Shown here piece by piece: positions 14,092 through 21,287 of a stretch of 24,077 nt of DNA. Source of the DNA: a virus. Lineage: Duplodnaviria > Caudoviricetes. Below the pieces are notes generated by a model. The model was not told the origin of the DNA, did no database searches, and was given only the letters and a program-made list of their open reading frames with translations. The stretch lies in IMG/VR virus record IMGVR_UViG_3300044617_000445, positions 1-24,077 of that record, one strand, 5' to 3'. Made by a program: the position numbers and the translations under genes. The first letter of the stretch is position 1. The number at the start of each line of letters is the position of its first letter.

Positions 14092-15909
14092 ATGACAGTA
14101 AATGAAGGGAACTCCGCTCCTATCTTCGGAGAGCCGATAAAGGGCAAGAAACACAAGTATGGATTTAACTGGCGTCTGCAAACTCACGATCTTGCTATTG
14201 AACTAGCAATGTTCCGAGAAAAGATTACTCGACGCATTCCGTCTAATGTTGGTGGGGTTGAGATTGCTGACCACTTCAAGACGATAGCTAAAGCCCTTTG
14301 GCCTGAGAACGACAAGAAAGCTGGTGCTAACTTTATATGGCATCCTTGGGCAGACCGAATGTTGGATGCTGCCTGCAAGTATGACTACCTTGCTATTGCT
14401 GGCTCCGGAGGTTTCGGCAAGTCGGAAATGTATGCTATCTGGGCGATTGTTAATTACTTAGCCGATCCAGAGAACACGATTGTCCTAGCTACATCTACAA
14501 CTATCAAAGCATCCAAGCAGCGCATCTGGGGTAAGATTGTAAAGTATTGGCAAATCTGCGAACAGCTTGGACTGCCGGGTAAGTTAATCGACTCGCTCAA
14601 TACGATCCGCTATGTGGATGGAGCAGGCAAGGCGATCAAGGGCGATCTTGCTGGAATCACGCTTATCCCCGGCGAGAAGAAGAAAGAGAAAGATGCTACG
14701 GGCAAGATGCAGGGTATCCACCAAAAGAATGTTATCTTTGTTGCGGATGAGTTGTCAGAGCTTTCAGAGGCTATCACGGAAGTTGCTTTCTACAACTTGA
14801 GCAAGGGTTGCGAACGCTTTCAGTTCATCGGCATCTCCAACCCCGCCTCGTATGTCGATGCGTTCGGTAAGTTCGCCAAGCCCAAGGAAGGGTGGGAAAC
14901 AATCTCCGTGGAGGATGACGAGTGGGAAACGGAGCGCGGAATCTGTCTGCACTTTGACACGCTAAAGAACCCAAATATGATGCGCGGGAAGAAGGTTTAT
15001 CCGTGGATGGATGGGCCGGAAGACTTGGAGAAGGTTCCCGCCTCAGAACGCAATACAGCCTCGTATTGGCGCATGTATCGTGGTTTTTGGTGTCCCGCTG
15101 GTGTTAGCGATCAAATCTACAGCGAGGTTGAAATCGTCAACGCTAGGGCTACAGACAAGGCTATCTGGCTGGACAACGAGCTTGTTAGGGTGGCATTTCT
15201 TGATCCGTCTTTCACGAACGGAGGAGACAGAGCTATCCTTTACTTCGGAACTGTGGGCAAACTTGCAGAGCCTTACGGATACAAGGGGCTGCAATACGAC
15301 GAGTTCTTGAAGTTCGCAGAAGATGTAACTGACGAGTCGGCAACTAGGACGGAACAGATTGTTCGCTGGTTTAGAGATGAATGCGTAAAGCGTGGAGTGC
15401 AACCCAGACACGCTGGATACGACAAGTCCGGTGCTGGTGCGCCTCTAGGTGATGTTATCTCGATTGCTTGGAGCAAGGATGTCTACGGACTCCAGTTTGG
15501 CGGCAAGGCTTCGGATAAGCCCGTCTCTGCTTACGACCAGACTCCGGCCTACGAGCGGTATGTAAACTCTGTGTCGGAGATTTGGTATAGCCTTAAGGAG
15601 TTCATGCGAGCAGGACAGATCAAGGGCATCAGCAATGACTTCATGCAGGAGATGTGCCATCGCAAACTAGATAAAGGCGGAGTGAAGGATTTAAACCTTC
15701 GTATAAAGGTTATGCCGAAGATTGAAATGAAGCTCCGCTATGGCATGTCTCCCGACATTGCGGACGCAGGCATGGGGCTTCTAGCACTCTGTAGAGAGCG
15801 TTTAAGTCTAGATAGCTCAACCGCAACAAAAGCTCTCAACCCTAACAACAAGAGCGAAAGCAAGGGCTGGAAGAATGCGTTCAGCAAGTTCCGCTCGGTT
15901 TACGCTTAA
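14092..15909 (+). CDS. terL: Terminase large subunit
   Basis: Walker A GSGGFGKS, Walker B VIFVADE, coupling motif ISNP, RNase H-like nuclease FLDPS ... YDKSG ... SPDIADA. Start reassigned to ATG at 14092 to avoid overlap with the divergent gene. Confidence 0.92.
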   Translation: MTVNEGNSAPIFGEPIKGKKHKYGFNWRLQTHDLAIELAMFREKITRRIPSNVGGVEIADHFKTIAKALWPENDKKAGANFIWHPWADRMLDAACKYDYLAIAGSGGFGKSEMYAIWAIVNYLADPENTIVLATSTTIKASKQRIWGKIVKYWQICEQLGLPGKLIDSLNTIRYVDGAGKAIKGDLAGITLIPGEKKKEKDATGKMQGIHQKNVIFVADELSELSEAITEVAFYNLSKGCERFQFIGISNPASYVDAFGKFAKPKEGWETISVEDDEWETERGICLHFDTLKNPNMMRGKKVYPWMDGPEDLEKVPASERNTASYWRMYRGFWCPAGVSDQIYSEVEIVNARATDKAIWLDNELVRVAFLDPSFTNGGDRAILYFGTVGKLAEPYGYKGLQYDEFLKFAEDVTDESATRTEQIVRWFRDECVKRGVQPRHAGYDKSGAGAPLGDVISIAWSKDVYGLQFGGKASDKPVSAYDQTPAYERYVNSVSEIWYSLKEFMRAGQIKGISNDFMQEMCHRKLDKGGVKDLNLRIKVMPKIEMKLRYGMSPDIADAGMGLLALCRERLSLDSSTATKALNPNNKSESKGWKNAFSKFRSVYA

Positions 15910-16550
15910 ATAACCCCTCTGCGTCTAGCCTCGTCTAACTCCTCCTGCGTCCATTGCTGGGCATACCACGCTTCATCGTCCCACGGGATTGGTCGTTGCC
16001 TGTCCACTCCAAAAGATAGCCTTCCGTATATGTCAGGAGATTGTTCCTCTAGTTTGACGAACTTGTCTTCCGGAAGCATATCTTTGTCGCTGGGTAGGAA
16101 GAGATAGTCACGGATAAATCCAAGGATGCACCAATGCTTGAGGAGGAAAGTTGCTTGGGCGCAAGCCATCCAAGGTGCGGTGGTCATTCTGCCTCCAAAG
16201 ATCATTCCTTTCTGTCCGATATCTTCATACATTTTTCTGACAATATCCCCGTGCCAGATGCAGTCGGACTCCTTGAAGATTAAGTCTTTTCCTGCTCCGT
16301 AGGCTATTAATGCTAATGTCAGAACAGAGTGTGACCAACCGCACAATCCTTCCCGATTCTCCCTAATACAATCACCTACATGCCCCAAGTTATCGTTTAG
16401 CAATACTATGTTGTCGCAATCAGCAGGAACCTTCGTGCAAATGACATAGTAGTCCTTGCTGTATTTCTCTGTGTTCTCCTTCCATATCTGGAAAAACTCG
16501 GCATCCCAAGTTGACTTGTAGTGGTATCCGGAACCGATGATGTAGTTCAT
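15906..16550 (-). CDS. Putative GT-A-like glycosyltransferase
   Basis: Start reassigned to ATG at 16550 (MNYIIGSGY...; ATGA overlap). 'DLIFKESDCIW' is a DxD-like motif after a hydrophobic strand; cluster context. Functional call is tentative. Confidence 0.45.
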   Translation of the reverse strand: MNYIIGSGYHYKSTWDAEFFQIWKENTEKYSKDYYVICTKVPADCDNIVLLNDNLGHVGDCIRENREGLCGWSHSVLTLALIAYGAGKDLIFKESDCIWHGDIVRKMYEDIGQKGMIFGGRMTTAPWMACAQATFLLKHWCILGFIRDYLFLPSDKDMLPEDKFVKLEEQSPDIYGRLSFGVDRQRPIPWDDEAWYAQQWTQEELDEARRRGVI

Positions 16551-17113
16551 TTGTGATAGACGCTGATTGTCGGCTTGACCCATCTTGCTATCGCAATCTT
16601 GCGTAGATGGTTTGAGTAATGCTCTGAACGCTTGAACCCATACTTGGCGAACACCTCGTCCCAATACTCCTGCGGTTGGCAGTTCACATGATGATGCCCG
16701 CCATCAGCCCATTGTGGTTCGGAATAGGTCAAAAAGACCAGATTCGCAGTTGCGAAGAGTTGCATATAGTTGTCTTGATACTTCTCCTCCACATGCTCCA
16801 AGAACTCGCAAGACCACACGATGTCCGGTTTGAGCATACATCCGATAGGAAGCGGGCCTTTCGTAAAGTCGTGGATAAGTATGCGGTCTTGGACAGGGCT
16901 ATTGTCTAACGCCAGCTTGCTGCCATCCACGCCTATCCCTTCGATGCCGTGATCCAAGAACCACTTCACCGTATGACCCTCTCCGCATCCGATGTCCAGC
17001 ATTGTCCGTGGGCCAAACTTCTTAACGATGTCCATCCACACAACCGGATCAAATGTGTCTTGATCCCCTCCAGTAATAAAACCTCCTAGGTGTCCGTCAC
17101 ATACCAAGCTCAT
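16547..17113 (-). CDS. Class I SAM-dependent methyltransferase
   Basis: Motif I 'MLDIGCGEG', 'GVDGS', 'SCEFLEHV', C-terminal 'GGHHHVNCQPQEYW'. Confidence 0.88.
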   Translation of the reverse strand: MSLVCDGHLGGFITGGDQDTFDPVVWMDIVKKFGPRTMLDIGCGEGHTVKWFLDHGIEGIGVDGSKLALDNSPVQDRILIHDFTKGPLPIGCMLKPDIVWSCEFLEHVEEKYQDNYMQLFATANLVFLTYSEPQWADGGHHHVNCQPQEYWDEVFAKYGFKRSEHYSNHLRKIAIARWVKPTISVYHK

Positions 17114-17634
17114 TTAATTCCCTCCCCAGCGATTGATTCAACCCAAGCAGGATGCGTTCCAATAGCTTTCCAATGTCCCTCAAGATCGCGCAGATTTTTA
17201 TCTGGAGAACTTCCGATATTCACATAGCGATAATCAAATCCCGTTGCCTCAAACACAAATCTTAAGATTTCATCTGACCACATTGTTTTATGTCCGTGAT
17301 TTACCATAAGATTCCGTATTGCTGATTCCAGCGTGCCTTCTCCGAATCCAGACTTGGACAACCAATCCAAGTATTCATCGTCGGCCTTGTGTGCAACGCG
17401 AACAATTGAAGGAACGCAAATTCGCAGAACTCCACCTTTTTTTAAGATGCGGTAACATTCAGTAAAGAAGTTAAACGCTTCTTTGCTATCTGTATGCTCA
17501 ACTACATGCTCAGCAAATATATAATCGGTTGAGTTGTCTGGAAATGGAAGCGACTTTGTTATATCCACATCCATATCGTGATTTGACCAACCATCTAGGA
17601 TGTTACCACCGCAACCAAAGTTTAATTTCTTCAT
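17110..17634 (-). CDS. SAM-dependent methyltransferase (Methyltransf_11-like)
   Basis: 'KLNFGCGG', 'LPFPDNSTDYIFAEHVVEH', 'YRILKKGGVLRICVP'. Confidence 0.88.
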   Translation of the reverse strand: MKKLNFGCGGNILDGWSNHDMDVDITKSLPFPDNSTDYIFAEHVVEHTDSKEAFNFFTECYRILKKGGVLRICVPSIVRVAHKADDEYLDWLSKSGFGEGTLESAIRNLMVNHGHKTMWSDEILRFVFEATGFDYRYVNIGSSPDKNLRDLEGHWKAIGTHPAWVESIAGEGIK

Positions 17635-18164
17635 GCTTTTTGAAAGGCAACCGCTCCGTTTATCAAATCTGTAATCCAGATTGAATTTGCAGGAGAGTAA
17701 TTCGCTTCAAACTTTTCAGTCATCTCCATCAGATAAGAATGCTGTTCGTGAGTGATGTCGTCAAACACAAGCCACCCGCTTGACTTGAGTAACTGCCAAC
17801 CGTCAATCAGATCGCGCTCCCCACCTTCGTATGAGTGATCACCGTCGATTGTTACAAGATCAAATGATGCTCCTTCAGAAATAAGCTGCGGTAAAATATC
17901 ATGCGAGTTGCCATCTATAAACCTTACGGAGCCAGTATAGCCGAGCTTGTTCAACAAGTCTTTAATGTGGGCGTTACTTCCTCGTCCAGTTCCTCCGTAT
18001 TCCTTTCCCCACATATCAACAAGCGTTAAGCTTTTGATTGTAGGACACTCGTTAATAACAACCTCAAGGCTTGTGCCTTCGTTTACTCCAACCTCAAGGT
18101 ATGATTCCGCTCCTTCGCATGTGCGAGAAAGCGCCTCTCTAATTGCATATTGATGTTTGTTCAT
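17631..18164 (-). CDS. SAM-dependent methyltransferase (Methyltransf_24-like)
   Basis: 'YLEVGVNEGTS', 'FDLVTIDGDHSYEG', 'LKSSGWLVFDD'. Confidence 0.88.
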   Translation of the reverse strand: MNKHQYAIREALSRTCEGAESYLEVGVNEGTSLEVVINECPTIKSLTLVDMWGKEYGGTGRGSNAHIKDLLNKLGYTGSVRFIDGNSHDILPQLISEGASFDLVTIDGDHSYEGGERDLIDGWQLLKSSGWLVFDDITHEQHSYLMEMTEKFEANYSPANSIWITDLINGAVAFQKA

Positions 18165-18979
18165 GTTTGTATAAATCTCCTAATCCATTCCGTGTAGCCG
18201 ATAGTGCAATCACATCCGTTTCGGTAGTCCAAGACAAGATGCTTTTCCACAAAATCACGCATAGCCTTACGCCTATCATTTATGTCGCTAACTGTCATAT
18301 TCCGACAGTATGACACAATATCATTGGTGTTAGTGCTAGCCAAGTCAAAGCGTGGGGAGAAGTCTAGTTCTTGCCCGAAAGGTTTAGTCCAGTCATCAAG
18401 CCGGATCGGTATTGCTCCCATCAGCATAGACTCAAACAACCGCATGGAGGAAGGCCCGTTGCCTCTAGGACAGAACGAGAATACAGAGGATTGCAACTCG
18501 TTCATGTAGTCAGTCATCAAGTTGTGCCGCCTGTTCTCTGGTGTCTTCCACCAATCTATCCAAGTCACCTTAACTCCAGAGACATCCATCCGATGCCTGT
18601 TGCCCCATGTGCTTCGGTGTCCGCGAAAGGTGATTAAGTGCGATCTTTTGCGCCGTTCCCAGCATCCGTCCAGATAGTCTGGAATGAACTTGTCGTATTC
18701 ATATGGAACATTGAACCCGCAAGATGTTCCAAATAGATACCCAAATGGAACAAATTCCGGTGGTTTGTCCCCTGTGATAATCGCAATGACGGGCTTATTG
18801 AGATGCGATATCGCCATTAAGTCCTTTGTTACTAATTGCGAGTCACCAGTTGTGTGATACCAAACATAGTCTGCCTCTTGTGCGCTGCCAACAATCTCAA
18901 TATTCGGGTTGTATCCGATGAAACCTTTGTATCCGAAATGCTGTATCTGAACCTCGTTGTGCGGTAGTAATATCTTCAC
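18161..18979 (-). CDS. Exostosin-family (GT47-like) glycosyltransferase
   Basis: Signature 'YMNELQSSVFSFCPRGNGPSSMRLFESMLMGAIPI' and 'ITFRG'. Start placed at GTG 18979 (GTGA overlap, GGGAGG 8 nt upstream); ATG 18985 is an alternative. Confidence 0.8.
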   Translation of the reverse strand: MKILLPHNEVQIQHFGYKGFIGYNPNIEIVGSAQEADYVWYHTTGDSQLVTKDLMAISHLNKPVIAIITGDKPPEFVPFGYLFGTSCGFNVPYEYDKFIPDYLDGCWERRKRSHLITFRGHRSTWGNRHRMDVSGVKVTWIDWWKTPENRRHNLMTDYMNELQSSVFSFCPRGNGPSSMRLFESMLMGAIPIRLDDWTKPFGQELDFSPRFDLASTNTNDIVSYCRNMTVSDINDRRKAMRDFVEKHLVLDYRNGCDCTIGYTEWIRRFIQT

Positions 18980-20658
18980 CACCATTGCCTCCCGTTTGCG
19001 GCAAGCCACTCCCTAGCGAGTCTCTTGTTGTGTTCGTTGCCAGCGCATTGCCGATTCTGTAGCCAATGGCTTTCGTGCATTTCGTGGTAGGTTGCGTTGT
19101 GTAGCTCTATTCCTCCCGTAGAGCGAACAAGATCACGCATGATCATGTCCCAAGCCTCTCGGCCTAGAAGCATGTCGGGAAAGAATTGGTTGCGCTTCAT
19201 CCACCACTTCTTCTTGAATGCGAAAAAGTCTGCGCCGGGGTATTTTGTTCCCGTTGCTATCTCGATCTCGTTCACCATCGTTCTGTCTATTCTGCGGAAG
19301 TCCATGCGTTGCGAGTAGCATGAGCCGAACATCTCGCAAGCGTCGATAATCTCACCCGTGATGCCCGTGCATACTCCAATGTCGGAATTAAGGATAAGAA
19401 CGATGTCTTCGTCTTCAGCCACTCCGCAAGCTTGGTCTAGCATGTTGCGGATGAAAGGAACTGGCTTGTCTCCAACCTCTCGCCCATCTCTAGGTGCAAT
19501 AAAGTCACACTCGATCCATCTTCCTCCGCTCAACTCGTTCTCTTGCTCTATTGATCTCCGTGCGATCTTCAGCCTCTTTGCGGCGTCGTGACTTAACTCG
19601 GACGGAGAGGATGTCACCCACACGATCTTTGGAGGCAGGTATCCGTCGCTTATCGCATTCGCAATCCTATCTGCCCAATCAACCGCCTTTGAGTAAGGAA
19701 CACGGAAGGTGTGGTGTGGCTTCCAACTAGACTGATGCCAAAGCGTATTCTGGTCTGTAACGAGGGCGATTGTCTTTACATTGGATGCCGAAGCAAGGTG
19801 TAAGGGCGCGGAGTCAATTGCGACTAGTGCGTCTGCGACATCGTATAGCCCAAGCATATCGTAGAAGCGGTCTGCCTTAATGCTGGAGATGTCCACGATG
19901 TTGTGATCTGGGAGCAACGCTGTCAGCTTTTGCTTCAACTCCTCGCCTTTCCAGAAGGGGCTAGAATGACCTGAGAATGCCGTTAGAATCGTTTTCTTTC
20001 CGTTCTTGGGGATGTGGGTATCTATCAACGCTTGCTCTCGTTCTTTGCTTCTATTGTCGAACAATAAAGGAACAGAGTGCGGTGCTGCGTTTACCTTGCT
20101 GTTTGTCCAGATGTCCCGATCAAATGACCAACCCTTTTGATCTACTCGCATGTCTTCAGCGCAGACAGCACAGTTGACTATGCGGTAATCCGCATATTCC
20201 TTACTTATACGGAATGCCGCATGATTTGGTTTGCGAAAGTCATCCTGCCATACAATAGGCTCGATGTAACTACATCCTTCTACAATGCTTGCAAACTCCA
20301 TTGCGACAACCAACTTGATCTTGCAACCCAATCTGTCGTGTTCGTATTTCAACGCAGGGAGAAGGCAGAGAATATCTCCCGCCCGTCCAAGCATGACATA
20401 GATGTTCTTGTTGCAGATCGGAATGTCGTCTTGGGCAATGAAGCCCTGCGTTTGATTTGTCAGCGTGATGTATGGAACTGTCTCTTCTACTATAGCGTTG
20501 ATAATCTCTTCCTTGCTTCCCTTTACTCCAGCATCCTTTGCCCATTGGGACATTTGGTGGATGCAGTAGGTTTTGCGTTGTTTCCCGTTGATTGTAAATC
20601 TCCATCCTCCCGGTGGTGTTCTTGAGACATCCAGCCCGAATCTATTTTGGTATTTCAT
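18976..20658 (-). CDS. Multidomain glycosyltransferase: PPGxWR N-domain + GT9 (heptosyltransferase-like) + GT-A-like domain
   Basis: Start ATG 20658 (ATGA overlap). GT9 motifs 'GRAGDILCLLPAL' and 'ADALVAIDSAPLHLASA...TIAL'; C-domain 'IVLILNSDI', 'GADFFAF', 'LGREAWD'. Confidence 0.8.
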   Translation of the reverse strand: MKYQNRFGLDVSRTPPGGWRFTINGKQRKTYCIHQMSQWAKDAGVKGSKEEIINAIVEETVPYITLTNQTQGFIAQDDIPICNKNIYVMLGRAGDILCLLPALKYEHDRLGCKIKLVVAMEFASIVEGCSYIEPIVWQDDFRKPNHAAFRISKEYADYRIVNCAVCAEDMRVDQKGWSFDRDIWTNSKVNAAPHSVPLLFDNRSKEREQALIDTHIPKNGKKTILTAFSGHSSPFWKGEELKQKLTALLPDHNIVDISSIKADRFYDMLGLYDVADALVAIDSAPLHLASASNVKTIALVTDQNTLWHQSSWKPHHTFRVPYSKAVDWADRIANAISDGYLPPKIVWVTSSPSELSHDAAKRLKIARRSIEQENELSGGRWIECDFIAPRDGREVGDKPVPFIRNMLDQACGVAEDEDIVLILNSDIGVCTGITGEIIDACEMFGSCYSQRMDFRRIDRTMVNEIEIATGTKYPGADFFAFKKKWWMKRNQFFPDMLLGREAWDMIMRDLVRSTGGIELHNATYHEMHESHWLQNRQCAGNEHNKRLAREWLAANGRQWW

Positions 20659-21287
20659 AAACCTTCGCGTTTCCAGCAATGTGTGATCTGTTTGAAATCT
20701 TCCTTCAGTTCATCCGTCAGTCCTTCGTGTTGGACATTCAAAGGAACATGCACCGCAGCCTTCAATGCACAAGAGCAAGTCAAACACGCCCCAAGGTAAT
20801 TGTCCAGACTTGTCTTCCTGTCTCCTAGAACCCCGTTTATTAGCGTGAGAACGCCAGCCATGCACGCTCCGCAACTAAACTGGAGGGTAACATTGTTCGG
20901 GCATCTAGTGCAAATCTCCGCCCTTCTCTCGGCTTCCCCTTGCGTAACGAATGCGGCTTGCCCTGTAAGCGTCTTCATTGCCCAAGACTTCATCATATTC
21001 AAGAATGCCAACACAGCCTGTAAGGAAAGCCTTCTGCGGACGATTCTCTTCATGCTTGTAGGAATACACTTCTGTCCCCACTTGGGGTTTTGCTTGCACA
21101 TGTCGCTCAAGAACTGCTCCTCCCAATCGGGCGTTAGAGGAAGGTTGTTAGCCAAACAATGGTTGACATAGGCTTTCTTAATCGTGCCGTAGTCGTAACC
21201 CTTAAATGATATCCCTGTCGTTGGATGCTTGTATCTCCATTCACCCGGTGGGCAAACGGACTTGTCGGTGTATGTGTATTCGATCAT
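20655..21287 (-). CDS. Cys-rich putative metal-binding protein with PPGxWR N-domain
   Basis: 210 aa; 'RRAEICTRCP', 'CGAC', 'CLTCSC', terminal 'HCW'. Confidence 0.75.
   Translation of the reverse strand: MIEYTYTDKSVCPPGEWRYKHPTTGISFKGYDYGTIKKAYVNHCLANNLPLTPDWEEQFLSDMCKQNPKWGQKCIPTSMKRIVRRRLSLQAVLAFLNMMKSWAMKTLTGQAAFVTQGEAERRAEICTRCPNNVTLQFSCGACMAGVLTLINGVLGDRKTSLDNYLGACLTCSCALKAAVHVPLNVQHEGLTDELKEDFKQITHCWKREGL

Noticed and set aside
16551-16664. Extended starts for cluster genes (also 18986-19009, 20659-20679, 4283-4318, 14011-14187)
   Set aside because: Each extension overlaps a neighbouring gene, while a downstream start gives a clean coupled junction.
16547-18164. Methyltransferases as DNA methylases of a restriction-modification or anti-restriction system
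   Set aside because: They are short and lack the DPPY/NPPY or PC catalytic motifs; motifs match small-molecule/glycan methyltransferases.
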